Below, piece after piece: positions 40,391 to 50,469 of a stretch of DNA of 64,000 nucleotides; positions within the stretch are counted from its first letter, which is position 1; the number at the start of each line of letters is the position of its first letter. Origin of the DNA: an uncultured delta proteobacterium (GTDB lineage Bacteria; Desulfobacterota; Binatia; Binatales; Binataceae); assembly GCA_963794325.1 (NCBI GenBank), contig CAWCDG010000002.1, positions 192,001 through 256,000 of the forward strand, in the 5' to 3' direction. The translations under genes and the position numbers were made by a program. Under the pieces are notes generated by a model. That model worked only from the letters and a program-made list of their open reading frames with translations. It searched no databases and was not told the DNA's origin.

Positions 40391-40470
40391 CTTGAGCGGC
40401 GCCGCCCCGACGCGACGAACGATCGCGATAGTGTGCCGCCTCGCTTATCAGAACGCGGACGAGGAAGCCG

Positions 40471-40695
40471 TCACCGCCTCTGGTAGAGGCCGGCGCCGAT
40501 AAGGACCACACCCAATACTAATGCGCCGGCGCTCAAAGCCTGCGGAACCACATGCGTGGATTGCTCGGTGTTCTGTATTTTAAGACTTCCGACATTTACC
40601 ACGTCCTTTGTTTGCGAGGTCGTGAACACCGGAATCGCGAGACCCAAAATTCCTAGTGACGCAACCAGCAGACCGAGCCATGTAATCGATTTCAC
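40471..40695 (-). CDS. Small two-TM membrane protein
   Basis: TM - FTTSQTKDVVNVGSLKI - TM architecture. Confidence 0.7.
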   Translation of the reverse strand: MKSITWLGLLVASLGILGLAIPVFTTSQTKDVVNVGSLKIQNTEQSTHVVPQALSAGALVLGVVLIGAGLYQRR

Positions 40696-40720
40696 AGTAT
40701 TACTCCACTAGACGCACCGC

Positions 40721-41860
40721 CTACGATTTGTCGTTGCCGTTGCCGTCGTGCGGCTTGGCCTGTTGCTGACCCGGCGGCGGCTGCTGATGTTCTGGCCGGG
40801 TCGTCGCCTGCTCTGGCTTCTGGTTCTGATCGTGAGCCGCTTGCTGTCGCTGGTTCTGCTGTTGGTTCTGCTGATTCTGCTGGTGCGCGGCCTGCTGCTG
40901 CTGAGTATTCTGCGGCTGCTGTTCGCGCGACGCCTGATGCTGCTGCTCCTGTTGCGGATTCTGCTGGCGCACGGCCTGCTGCTGCTGAGTATTCCGCGGC
41001 TGCTGTTCGCGCGACGCCTGACGCTGCTGCTCTTGTTGCTGATTCTGCTGATTCCGCTGATTCTGTTGATGCGCAGCCTGCTGTTGCTGAGCATTGCGCT
41101 GCTGTTGCTCCCGCTTCGCTTGCTGTTGCTGGTTCTGCTGATTTTGCTGGTGCGCGGCCTGCTCTTGCTGTTGAACGTTTCGCTGTTGCGGTTCGCGTGC
41201 TGCTTGCTGCCGCTGGTCCTGCTGTTGGTTCTGTTGTTTCGACGCTTGGGTTGTCCAATTCTTGTGTTGCTTGATCCAATCCGGATGACGACTATTCACC
41301 CAACCTGGATCCTTCTGGTACCACCATTGCCCGTAGTGCCATACGTGTTGTTGGTCGTAGTCGCCGTCACGATCACGCCAGCGCGGGACAAGTGAGACCC
41401 ATTCGGGGTGATTGTCATAGAACCAGTCGGGATTGTTCTGATGCCACCAATAGGCGTCGCGCCATTGGTGTTCGTCATCGTAGTCACCCCATTGTGTTTC
41501 GGCTGGTCCGGTTGACCAGTATTCGTTGTTCAGGGCCTGCCAGACATAGGGATGGTTTGCGAGGTACTGCTCTAACTGTGGATGCTGCCTGCGCCAATTG
41601 GGATTGTAGAGCAGCTCCGGATTCCGCGCGAGTACACGCGCGAGATCCGGATGATTTGCCAGAAACCAGCGAAAGCTTTGCTCTCTCTGATACTGTGGGA
41701 CATCGTTGAACCATGGATAGTAGTTAGAGAAGCCGGGCACCTGCGGCGTGCCAATCTGGATAGTGACCTGCGCCAGGGCAGGGGACGCGAGCGCAAGCGC
41801 GAACAGTGCCGCGCCGAACCACGCAATCGATTTCAGCTGAGTTTTTCTTGAGCGCGACAT
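40721..41860 (-). CDS. Secreted protein with Trp/His/Asp-rich repeats and a Gln-rich tail
   Basis: Signal peptide; FLANHP/YLANHP and GDYD..H.W...WW...P.W repeats; low-complexity Gln-rich C-terminus. Confidence 0.8.
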   Translation of the reverse strand: MSRSRKTQLKSIAWFGAALFALALASPALAQVTIQIGTPQVPGFSNYYPWFNDVPQYQREQSFRWFLANHPDLARVLARNPELLYNPNWRRQHPQLEQYLANHPYVWQALNNEYWSTGPAETQWGDYDDEHQWRDAYWWHQNNPDWFYDNHPEWVSLVPRWRDRDGDYDQQHVWHYGQWWYQKDPGWVNSRHPDWIKQHKNWTTQASKQQNQQQDQRQQAAREPQQRNVQQQEQAAHQQNQQNQQQQAKREQQQRNAQQQQAAHQQNQRNQQNQQQEQQRQASREQQPRNTQQQQAVRQQNPQQEQQHQASREQQPQNTQQQQAAHQQNQQNQQQNQRQQAAHDQNQKPEQATTRPEHQQPPPGQQQAKPHDGNGNDKS

Positions 41861-41892
41861 TTGCCTATCCTCCTGGGTTTGTCGTTTGAGAG

Positions 41893-42210
41893 CTATCGAG
41901 AGTCGAAGGAGCGTTTAGAGGGCGGCGGCGTGGAGTGAATTGATCGACTCAGACTGCTCAATTTCGCGATTTCGCTTTCAATGAGCTCTCTCTCTTCTGC
42001 GGTCTTTCTTTGCGCATCCCGAGCAAACGTAAAGGCGGCAGTTGCTTCATCCAATTCCCTTTGAAAGCTACTGACAGTCTCGCGCGCGTTAGCCCTTGCT
42101 CTTTCCAGTTGCGTCCGGCACTCGGCTAAATGCTTCTCGCCGGCCGACAGTTGTTCCGTCGCAAGCCTGAGCATTTCGTTAAGAGTTATGAGACGTGTGT
42201 CGCACGGCAT
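41893..42210 (-). CDS. Hypothetical coiled-coil protein, copy 2 (internal in-frame deletion)
   Basis: MPCDTRLIT..ERARAN joined directly to ARETVSSFQREL. Confidence 0.55.
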   Translation of the reverse strand: MPCDTRLITLNEMLRLATEQLSAGEKHLAECRTQLERARANARETVSSFQRELDEATAAFTFARDAQRKTAEERELIESEIAKLSSLSRSIHSTPPPSKRSFDSR

Positions 42211-42245
42211 GAGAATTATTTGCCTCAATTGATCGGATGACCGCC

Positions 42246-43238
42246 CTATTTCTGCGCGGCAACGGTCGCTTTGTTCGCTGGTTGCCACGTCGTATCCGGA
42301 TCGTACGACACCATTGTGCTGGCTATCTGCTCGGTGTTGGGACCCAGATCTTTTTGATACACCTGACCGTCCTGATCGACGACGAAAGTCATCACTCCTG
42401 ATACGCGATAGTTCACCGGATAAGCCACCAGCGCGAATCCTCCAGTCATCTTCCCATCGACGATATAGCTTCGAGCGCCACCCGCTGCGTTGGCTCCTTG
42501 ACTGGTTAGCATCCGATAGACATAGCCGTGAAAGGGATGCGGTTCGGTGTTGGTGTGGTGTTGGTAGCCTTCGTAAGCCGCTTCAGCGACAAGGGGTCCC
42601 AGCGGACTCTCCGGTTGTGTGCCTGCCTTGACCACCCAAAACAATCCGTCCTGCGTTCCTTCCGTGCTCCGGAACTTCTGAGCGTACTGATGTAGCGACG
42701 CGCCGTCGTGCAGCGTGGAGTAATAGTCTCGCTGAGCATCGGCGATTGCTCCACAGACTTTGATTGCATCTATCTCATTGGAGCCGATCCGCCGATATAA
42801 AATTTCCTGCTTACCGTAGTCCGTGTCGAAATACCATTGAGATCCATTTTGCCGCAGAGGTATAGGAGTCGGCCAATTCTCGGTGCCTATGTAGAGGAAG
42901 GTTCGTCCGTCGCCAGCAGCAGCAAACTGATGCGACGCATGATACTTGGCGGCAAAGGAATCCTGTTTATTCTTGTCGACGACCAGATCGCCGGACGAAA
43001 TCAGGTCCTGGCCGGATGGACCTAGAATCGCCAGCATCGCCGCATCATCATGATTCTGCACGGCCGCGTCCAAAGCGTCGCCCGCCTCTGCAGCCGAACT
43101 GAAGGTCTTCTGGCCCGGCTGTTGTGCCAGTGCCGCGGGGCCGCTTCCAAGCCCAAGTACGACGAGGCAGAAAGACAAGAAGCGGATAGCTTTCAAACCG
43201 GTCGTTATTTTTCGATTACCATCCATTGAATGAAGCAT
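42246..43238 (-). CDS. DUF2950-family periplasmic protein
   Basis: QKTFSSA, WPTPIPL, EILYRRIGSNE, SPLGPL, PFHGY, GGFALVAYP, VYQKDLG. Confidence 0.88.
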   Translation of the reverse strand: MLHSMDGNRKITTGLKAIRFLSFCLVVLGLGSGPAALAQQPGQKTFSSAAEAGDALDAAVQNHDDAAMLAILGPSGQDLISSGDLVVDKNKQDSFAAKYHASHQFAAAGDGRTFLYIGTENWPTPIPLRQNGSQWYFDTDYGKQEILYRRIGSNEIDAIKVCGAIADAQRDYYSTLHDGASLHQYAQKFRSTEGTQDGLFWVVKAGTQPESPLGPLVAEAAYEGYQHHTNTEPHPFHGYVYRMLTSQGANAAGGARSYIVDGKMTGGFALVAYPVNYRVSGVMTFVVDQDGQVYQKDLGPNTEQIASTMVSYDPDTTWQPANKATVAAQK

Positions 43239-43260
43239 TGCTTTTTCTAGACGTCGACGA

Positions 43261-43698
43261 TTAGTGGCCATGATCGCTGCCTCCCTCATGTCCGGCTTCG
43301 GCTCCGGTGCCACCGTGTCCACTGCTCTCGCCGCCAGCATGTTCAGTCCTTCTGGCGCCGCCATGTTCACCGCTTTCGCCGCCGCCGTGTCCTCCGCCGT
43401 CATAGCTGGTCCGGCCCCGGCTGCTATCGTCCCAAGCTTCGTGAGCTGGAGCGTAGCCGCCGAACAGTCCGGGCTGCGGATAACTGCCGTATCCTCGGTA
43501 GACATTCTTCGAGTAGTAGGTGTTTCCACCGTAGCCCGGACTTGAATAGTAGCCCGGGCCTCCGTAATAGCTCGAATTTCCGTAGTAGCCCGGACCCCCT
43601 CCTCCCCAGCCTGAGTCGTAACAACCCGCCAGAAGGGTTGCGGAGAGCAGCACTCCAAGGATCCTTATGTGCCGACTGCCGATAGATCCTTTTTTCAT
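43261..43698 (-). CDS. Gly/Tyr-rich lipoprotein
   Basis: LLAGC lipobox followed by low-complexity G/Y/H-rich sequence. Confidence 0.7.
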   Translation of the reverse strand: MKKGSIGSRHIRILGVLLSATLLAGCYDSGWGGGGPGYYGNSSYYGGPGYYSSPGYGGNTYYSKNVYRGYGSYPQPGLFGGYAPAHEAWDDSSRGRTSYDGGGHGGGESGEHGGARRTEHAGGESSGHGGTGAEAGHEGGSDHGH

Positions 43699-43790
43699 TC
43701 TAACCTCGATTCCGCCCTTACTCGCTGCCTTCAATTTGGCGATCACCGGCAAATTGCGATTCGACGTTGTACCTTCATGAAATGTTTTGG

Positions 43791-43970
43791 CTATTTTTTC
43801 GCGGGCCTGTTTACAACACTCTTTGCCTTGTCGATCCCGCGCTCCACGACCTCTTTAATCTTGCCGGTGGCCTGGTCCAGTTTTCCTTCGTTCCTCAGAC
43901 GCCGGTCATCCGTCAAAACACCAACTGCTTCTTTCACACGACCTTTGATTTTGTCGCTTGTTCCGCTCAT
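43791..43970 (-). CDS. CsbD-family stress protein, copy 2 (not in ORF track)
   Basis: Close copy of 39831-40010, offset by 3960 bp. Confidence 0.9.
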   Translation of the reverse strand: MSGTSDKIKGRVKEAVGVLTDDRRLRNEGKLDQATGKIKEVVERGIDKAKSVVNRPAKK

Positions 43971-44055
43971 CGCACTGTTCTCCTCTTGGTCAATAGCTAT
44001 TGCTTAGATGTAGTTCCCGACCGCCTCGAGACGCAGATCGTCTTCGGCAGCAAGC

Positions 44056-44217
44056 TCACCCCATCATTCCGCCGCCCAGCACCAGCCAGACCACCAGGAC
44101 GATAAGAATGATGGTCAGCAGGCTCATTCCACCGCCGCCATAGTAACCGCTGCGATATCCGTAGTAGCCACCGCCGCCACCGAACAGCAGGATCAGCAGG
44201 ATAATCAAAAGCAACAT
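44056..44217 (-). CDS. Small Gly-rich membrane protein (DUF3309-like; not in ORF track)
   Basis: Manual translation MLLLIILLILLFGGGGGYYGYRSGYYGGGGMSLLTIILIVLVVWLVLGGGMMG; GGAGG RBS. Confidence 0.82.
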   Translation of the reverse strand: MLLLIILLILLFGGGGGYYGYRSGYYGGGGMSLLTIILIVLVVWLVLGGGMMG

Positions 44218-44285
44218 AGGACACCTCCCAAATCAGTTATTCTCTTTGCCAGATAGTCGTGTTCTTTCTTCCATGGAAAAGTAGC

Positions 44286-45152
44286 TCAGGCCCTCGCGGA
44301 CAAATTGCTCGCGCGACGAGATAATGGACTGGCGAATCGTCCATTTGCCGGCGCCTTTACCGAGCCAGCCTCTGCCATCGAACGTGTACGATAGAGTTGG
44401 CCGACGTTCGGAAACTGCAGTGGTGCACCAGCTCTGGCTAATGAGTCGCTCGCCTTGCGCAGTGGGACGTTGATCGAACTCTCGAGATTGTCCAGACGCA
44501 CAATCATTTGCCGCCCTTGGCGTAGCAGCAAATGTTCGCGCTCGAACTCTGCGATGTGCTCAGTGACTCTCGGCCGTGACGCACTCACCAGGCCCGCCAA
44601 ATCCTGGTGGCTGAGAAAGACTCGCAAGAGCGTACCGCGGGACTCTTTGACTCCAAAGATCGAACACAGTTGAAGAAACGTGAACAAAAGGCGTTCGCGG
44701 AGGTCGAGGCTTCCTCCGAAGAACCGATACCATTGTGTCAGATTGCTTTCGTGAAATTTTCTTAAATCAGATCTGGGTGCGTCTCTGGTGATTACGTCGA
44801 ATTGGTCCCAGCTCACGCTGCCGACCCTGCAATCGGTATGAGCCTCGCATCGAAAATGCCATCTGCTCACTGGGAGAGAAACAAAATGGGGGATTGGACC
44901 TGGCGCAAGTAACGCTGTGGGTACACGCTGGCCCGCCGGATTCAGGCAAGTGATCTTCGCCACGCCTCTCAGCAGGATATGGACACCTGCCGCGAGCTCT
45001 TTTTCAGGAAAGATGACTACGCGCCTTGTGAAGTTTGCCGAACTGAGCGACATCGCGAGTTCGTGCAATGCAACAGTTGAAAGAAACGAGAAGGACTTCA
45101 ACTGATTCAACAAATCAAAGTCCGTGGGAGCCGCGTTCTTCTGTCTGTCCAT
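44286..45152 (-). CDS. Crp/Fnr-family regulator
   Basis: ILLRGVAKI cNMP-like barrel; LSHQDLAGLVSASRPRVTE HTH. Confidence 0.88.
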   Translation of the reverse strand: MDRQKNAAPTDFDLLNQLKSFSFLSTVALHELAMSLSSANFTRRVVIFPEKELAAGVHILLRGVAKITCLNPAGQRVPTALLAPGPIPHFVSLPVSRWHFRCEAHTDCRVGSVSWDQFDVITRDAPRSDLRKFHESNLTQWYRFFGGSLDLRERLLFTFLQLCSIFGVKESRGTLLRVFLSHQDLAGLVSASRPRVTEHIAEFEREHLLLRQGRQMIVRLDNLESSINVPLRKASDSLARAGAPLQFPNVGQLYRTRSMAEAGSVKAPANGRFASPLSRRASNLSARA

Positions 45153-45255
45153 CGGCTTTCCTTTTCTGGCGACCAAAATACCTATCGAGAGTAAGGCAAG
45201 GACCATACCAATCGTCCGGGGCTGCAGGATTACTTTTTCGGGAAGTTCCGGGCGT

Positions 45256-45505
45256 TCGAATTGCAGACGATATCACCGAGCCGTTTTTTGCCCCATTAAA
45301 GTGTCTCCTTTGGAACCAACGCCGGGTTCTTTTGGATACAGATGATCAAATCCAAGAGAAGCTGGAATCTCTCTTGAATCGCAGACCGACGAGTTATCGC
45401 GCGAGATGGGTTGAGTGCTTAGGCCGGGGGCAGCCTGCGGTTCCGAGTGTTCGAATCACATCGCGATCTCCAACGAGCGCCTTCTACGTCCGTCGTCGAC
45501 CCGCA
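45256..45505. repeat. Duplicated non-coding segment, copy 2
   Basis: Homologous to 40136-40390. Confidence 0.9.
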
Positions 45506-45688
45506 GCGCCGGCGTCCAAGCGCGCAGCATTGATGCCAAAAGGCACAACCGTCCGTATCCGATCGGAACATCTGCGCGAGTTGCCTCTAATCTTGCGAGG
45601 GAAAACGGTATTGGATTTGGGAAGAAAGTGAGGCACAGAACATGCCTGTTCACATAGGAGTAAATCCTTGGAGGATGGAGGTTCTCAT

Positions 45689-46039
45689 ATGCACAAAGGT
45701 TTATCAGCAATCATCATGAGTTTAGCGTTCGCGGGTGCGCTGGTTGTAGCCGGATGCTCTGGGCAGCCGCTCACGACTCGTGAAAAAGGCACCATAGGAG
45801 GCACGGCATTGGGCGCAGGAGCTGGAGCAATCGTAGGTGCCGCCGTAGGTCATCCGCTCGCGGGCGCCGCGATTGGAGGTGTTATGGGCGGCGGCACTGG
45901 CTACGTAGTTGGGAATTCGATGCAGAACCAGGAAAACGCCAACGCGCAGACCCAGCAGCAGGTACAGTCTCAACAACAGGAAATCGAGAATCAGCGCCAG
46001 CAGATCCAGCAGCTCAAATCGCAGTCGGAAACCGAGTGA
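45689..46039 (+). CDS. Glycine-zipper lipoprotein
   Basis: VAGC lipobox, GTALGAGAGAIVGAAVG zipper, Gln-rich coil. Confidence 0.85.
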   Translation: MHKGLSAIIMSLAFAGALVVAGCSGQPLTTREKGTIGGTALGAGAGAIVGAAVGHPLAGAAIGGVMGGGTGYVVGNSMQNQENANAQTQQQVQSQQQEIENQRQQIQQLKSQSETE

Positions 46040-46060
46040 TCGGAATCCGGCAATCGAACA

Positions 46061-46093
46061 AAAGGGCGGCGCCATCCGGCGTCGTCCTTTCTT
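46061..46093 (+). terminator. Probable terminator
   Basis: AAAGGGCGGCGCC-ATCC-GGCGTCGTCCTTT hairpin. Confidence 0.7.
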
Positions 46094-46349
46094 CTCGCGG
46101 ACGGCTCGAATTTCGACTCAAATAGAGTGTTTGGTAAGAACGTGTTCTTCCTAGCACCAAAGGTTTAGACCAATACGCGTAATTGCTTTGACGGTACTCC
46201 CGCAACACATCATGCTTATCGCGTCGGGATCGAAACATTCTTCGAGACCGAGCTTGATCCAGCCGTAAAGTGGGCCACCCCAGGCCTTCGACCACGATGC
46301 GCTAGACCAACCCTACGCATCGACAGTAAAGGCCTCCGGGAGTACCAGA

Positions 46350-46757
46350 TTGAAATTCAAAGGTGTTACGTTATTGGCGATCGTGACTGCGGCTACTCTG
46401 ACCGTCCTACCTATGAAGCAGGCGTTCTGCCAGGACAGCGCCGCCGGTCAGGAGATGCACACGAGCGGACAGGATCTTAAGGGCGCCGCATCGGCGACCG
46501 GTGAATCCGTCGAGCATGCGTTTCACGGGGCGACTAATCAGATGAGCGATGCGACGCTCACGACCAAAGTCAAATCAACCCTGCTGAGCAACGAGCGCAC
46601 TCGCAAGTACTCGATTCACGTTGAATCGGATCACGGCAACGTTACGATCGACGGCGCAGTAGGCTCACGCTCGAAGGCAAAATATGTTGCTTCGGTTGTC
46701 GCTTCAGTAAGCGGTGTCCGCAGTGTCGAGAACAAACTAAGCTGGCCGAATTCGTAA
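46350..46757 (+). CDS. BON-domain (OsmY-like) protein
   Basis: Signal peptide; SDATLTTKVKSTLL..IHVES..VTIDG..VSGVRSVENKL. Confidence 0.9.
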   Translation: MKFKGVTLLAIVTAATLTVLPMKQAFCQDSAAGQEMHTSGQDLKGAASATGESVEHAFHGATNQMSDATLTTKVKSTLLSNERTRKYSIHVESDHGNVTIDGAVGSRSKAKYVASVVASVSGVRSVENKLSWPNS

Positions 46758-46873
46758 CTTCGTAAGAATGACCGATGTCGTCAGTCCTTGCGATCTCGGC
46801 GAGGCTGACGACGCCGGCCAACCGATCAACGGCTCGGGCGCGTCGCTGTGACGAGGTGGCTGACTAGCGACCT

Positions 46874-48088
46874 TCAAGCGTTCGAGCTGTTCGACGAACC
46901 GCGGAACAGGCGGGGACCGTATTGTGCCGCCATGCGAAACGGCCGAATCACCCAGTAGAGCGGGAAGAGGGCGGCCGGCAGCGGGATTAGTTCGTAGTCG
47001 CCCATCGTCGGCGCCAGCATCCGGCGGACAATATATCTCAATCGCGCGCGCCCACCCTCGATCGAGCGAAGAGGAACCTCCCACGGATCGAAGTCTGTCC
47101 GCCCCTGCGCGGCACCGCTGAACAGTCGGCTCGCGATGCGCGATGCCAATGCCTGGGCGGCGCGTTCGCGACGAGCTATCTCGACAACGTTCGCAGGAAT
47201 CGGCGCGTCAAGCAGGTCGTGCGCAAGGCAGATGCCAGTCAGGAACATCCTGCGGCTGCCGAGAGCGGTCGCCTCGTCGAGGGTGTCCATCAATGCGATG
47301 CCTGGCCGGGCGCGAATAGTCTCCGCAACATCGCAGATCACGCCAAGCGTGACCCATCCGTGCTTGGCGGCGTGAACGCATAGATACAGCAGCAGGTCCT
47401 CCGGCGCGATCGCGGTCACGGTGCCGAATTTCAGATCGACGGCACGCGCGCGCCGCCACAGCGCCTGCTCGTCGGGCGCGAAACGGAACGCGCGCGGCGT
47501 GATATTCCAATGAACGTCCACCGCACCCATCCCGCCCGCGGCAAAAAACGCGTCCTCGTATTCCTGGAAGTATCCGGTCGCGAGTCCCTCGCGCCTGGAA
47601 TGCGGCGACAGATACCCTTGCGCGCTGAGTATCTCTGCGATCCGGGGCAGATCCGTCTGACGCACCAGAAGATCCAGGTCGCTGAACTGGCGCAGCTCGA
47701 TCGATCCGTATGCCATCGCGGCCAGCACCGGACCTTTGAAGGTGACCGCGGGTATCCCGGCCGCTTCCAGCAATCCCATCAGCCGCACAAGTTCAGCCGT
47801 GAGATGACGGTTGTAGAGGATGATCAGCTGCCACTCCGTTCGGAGTCTCGCCATCGCTTCTTCCGGCACGGCGTCCGGACATTCGCCCTTCAGATATCGA
47901 TGGACCAGCGGGAGTACCGCATGGCGTTTTGCAATGTCGATGACGCGGTCCCAACTTTGGACGCGTGCCGCGGTTTCGGAGGCCAACGCCGTGCGTGCGG
48001 GCGTCGCCGCCGTCGTCGCGCAGTACAGCACAAGCGCCGCTTCAGTGGGCAAGTGGGAACGGTCGAGGAGAACGTCGTCGGATGCCAC
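46874..48088 (-). CDS. Nucleotidyltransferase (NTP_transf_5-like), lasso-cluster associated
   Basis: FKGPVLA..YG..LRQFSDLDLLV, VDVHW, LLYLCVHAAKHGW..CD. Confidence 0.88.
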   Translation of the reverse strand: MASDDVLLDRSHLPTEAALVLYCATTAATPARTALASETAARVQSWDRVIDIAKRHAVLPLVHRYLKGECPDAVPEEAMARLRTEWQLIILYNRHLTAELVRLMGLLEAAGIPAVTFKGPVLAAMAYGSIELRQFSDLDLLVRQTDLPRIAEILSAQGYLSPHSRREGLATGYFQEYEDAFFAAGGMGAVDVHWNITPRAFRFAPDEQALWRRARAVDLKFGTVTAIAPEDLLLYLCVHAAKHGWVTLGVICDVAETIRARPGIALMDTLDEATALGSRRMFLTGICLAHDLLDAPIPANVVEIARRERAAQALASRIASRLFSGAAQGRTDFDPWEVPLRSIEGGRARLRYIVRRMLAPTMGDYELIPLPAALFPLYWVIRPFRMAAQYGPRLFRGSSNSSNA

Positions 48089-48191
48089 GGAGTTATCAAC
48101 AATAGCTGGAAGCGATTGCGTCTCGAAAGTCCGCTCGATAACTTTCAGTGATTCTTATAGTCTTCGACGTGGGGCCGCCTTCATCCAGTAA

Positions 48192-48635
48192 ATGACCCGG
48201 ATTGGAAAATTTTTCGCGCTGGCGTCGTCTGATCGGAGGCTGCTCTTGAGGACGATCGCGCCTCTGGTCGCGATGCGTGCCGCGGTCTTGGCGCTGAACT
48301 TCGCGCGAGTGCGGCGCATTGCCGAAGCGATGAGCCGGCCGTTGCGCATCGATGCGGACGCGGCCCGTCCTTCACCGGACAGGATTGCGTGGGCGGCGGC
48401 GACGGCGAGCCGGGTCGTCCCGGGCGGGAGCAACTGCCTGGTCCGCGCGCTCGCAACCGGCATCGTGCTCAAGCGCTACGGCTATCCGAGCGAGCTGAAG
48501 ATCGGCGTCACCAAGCCCGCGAGTGGCCGCTTCGAAGCGCACGCGTGGCTCGAGAGCGACGGCAGCGTCGTGATTGGCGATTTCCAGCTCGATCGATACA
48601 CGGCCATGGCAGCGCCGGATACCGTCGCGCGATAG
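48192..48635 (+). CDS. Lasso peptide leader peptidase B2 (transglutaminase-like)
   Basis: NCLVRALA, LKIGV and EAHAWLE motifs. Confidence 0.93.
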   Translation: MTRIGKFFALASSDRRLLLRTIAPLVAMRAAVLALNFARVRRIAEAMSRPLRIDADAARPSPDRIAWAAATASRVVPGGSNCLVRALATGIVLKRYGYPSELKIGVTKPASGRFEAHAWLESDGSVVIGDFQLDRYTAMAAPDTVAR

Positions 48636-48660
48636 TATCACCCGACGCTTGCGCTCGCTT

Positions 48661-48945
48661 CCGATACCCTAACAAAGAGTAGGGATTTACGTCAGTAAGC
48701 CTAATTGGCGACTTCTAACGGTTAATAGCCGATAAAGAAACCATCAATACGGGCCATAAATCCGCTTGATGTATTAAGAATTTTCGAAAACAAGTACGTG
48801 CGGTCCTTCCTCGTTGTGTATTGCGAATTTAACAAATTGTAGGAATTTACGTCACTTAGCCTAAGTAACAACTTCTAACTGCCACCAAAGCAGTCAATGA
48901 GGGTTATAAATCCGTTTGACGTAAGGAAGGCAAAGTGGAATCATT
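48661..48945. promoter_or_regulatory. Tandem conserved upstream motifs and putative promoter of beta-helix gene 1
   Basis: Two TAACAAA..GTAGG.ATTTACGTCA..GCCTAA..ACTTCTAAC units (48670, 48830); TTGACG-17-AATCAT. Confidence 0.7.
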
Positions 48946-49080
48946 TCGCCTTCGCTCGCAAAACCATAGGTCAAATTTATCATGACGTGTCTAAACCCAA
49001 CGTCCAAGATCCAAGAGTCACGCAGACAATTGCTACTGATTCATCGCAATGGAAGACGAAATAAAAGCGAAGGAGAGCAT

Positions 49081-50022
49081 GTGAGTACAATCAAACGAGG
49101 CTTGCTTATGTTGGCCATTCTTGGCGGTCTGGGCTTGTCTGGACCGCAGGGTGCGTGGGCCAAGACGAAACTGCAGCAGGTCGATCCCATGACCATTGCT
49201 CCCTGCACGTCGAGTACCACGACGCTGAGTGGGAGCAACATTGTCTACACGCTGTCGACGAGTTTCTCGACGACCTTCACCGGCACTTGCATTAAAGTGA
49301 CGGGCAACAATGACCTCGTGATCATCGGTCCTTCGGTCACGATCTCCGGAGCCGGAGCCGGAATTGGCATCGACGTCGAGGGCAGCAACGATCTGATAAA
49401 CGGCCGTTCCAGCACAATAAGCGGGTTTGCGACGGGGCTCCTGGATCATGGGAGCAACAATTTGGGGGACAATCTGAATTTCTCCGGCAATGGAACCGGA
49501 CTGAAGCTGACGGGGACTACACTCAGATACATCAATTTGAATTCGAGTTCTAACACTGGGGTCGGCATTTGGCTCAGTGGATGCGGCGATGAGTGCGCCG
49601 TCTCGGATTTCTTCGTTGGGAGCAATGGCGGTGATGGACTGCTTATAAACGGCAGCAGCCCAGCCGCCGTTGCGAGCCTATTCATATCTCAAGACAACAC
49701 CGGTAACGGAGTCCACGTAGGCGGTCCCTCCGGCGATAACGTCGGTAACGTCTTTATAGATGATGCGGCCCTCGACTCGACACTAGCCGTCAACAACAAC
49801 GGCAAAGACGGAGTCTTTCTGGATGCGAGTGAAAACGGAGCAATAGACATGGTGACCGGGGTTATCTCTGACCTGAACGGGAGCGGCATCGATATGCACG
49901 ACGCAACCGCCAATTGCGGATCGAGCGGTCACTTCAATCTCTGGTCTTCACTCTCTTTCGGTACTTCGAAAGCGGGTGGTACGTCCAGTCCTGCCTGCAT
50001 TCCGAATCTGCCGGCCGAATAG
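49081..50022 (+). CDS. Secreted right-handed beta-helix repeat protein, paralog 1
   Basis: GTG start after GAAGGAG; signal peptide; N.G.G(I/V).(L/I) repeats; conserved Cys residues. Confidence 0.8.
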   Translation: MSTIKRGLLMLAILGGLGLSGPQGAWAKTKLQQVDPMTIAPCTSSTTTLSGSNIVYTLSTSFSTTFTGTCIKVTGNNDLVIIGPSVTISGAGAGIGIDVEGSNDLINGRSSTISGFATGLLDHGSNNLGDNLNFSGNGTGLKLTGTTLRYINLNSSSNTGVGIWLSGCGDECAVSDFFVGSNGGDGLLINGSSPAAVASLFISQDNTGNGVHVGGPSGDNVGNVFIDDAALDSTLAVNNNGKDGVFLDASENGAIDMVTGVISDLNGSGIDMHDATANCGSSGHFNLWSSLSFGTSKAGGTSSPACIPNLPAE

Positions 50023-50035
50023 GCTGGGGTTCATG

Positions 50036-50070
50036 ACTATGGCGGCGCCGGATAACCGTCCCGCCATAGT
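50036..50070 (+). terminator. Hairpin after paralog 1
   Basis: ACTATGGCGG...CCGCCATAGT. Confidence 0.6.
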
Positions 50071-50091
50071 TTCACCAACTGGTTGACTGCG

Positions 50092-50340
50092 TCCGATACT
50101 CGTAACAAAGAGTAGGGATTTACGTCAATCAGCCTGACTGACGGCTTCTAACAGCTAAGGGCCGATGAAGAAGCCAAGTACGTCAGTCCTTCCTCGTCGC
50201 GCGGTGCCGACCTAACAAATTGTAGAAATTTACGTCAATCAGCCTAATTTACGACTTCTAACGGCTAGAGGCCAATACCGGAGTGGTCAATGAGGGCTAT
50301 AAATCCGCTTGACGTAAAGAGGGCAAAGTGAAATGATTCG
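50092..50340. promoter_or_regulatory. Tandem conserved upstream motifs and putative promoter of beta-helix gene 2
   Basis: Units at 50103 and 50213; TTGACG-17-AATGAT. Confidence 0.7.
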
Positions 50341-50469
50341 CGCTGCTCGCAAAACCATAATCAAATCCGTCACTGCACGTCTTAAATCAACGTCCAAGAT
50401 CAAGAGTCACGAAGACAATTGTTACTGATGCACCGCAATTAATAACGAAATAAAAGCGAAGGAGAACAT

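Noticed and set aside
42246-43658. 470-aa version of the DUF2950 protein
   Set aside because: The extension overlaps the Gly-rich lipoprotein gene; the signal peptide begins after about 43238.
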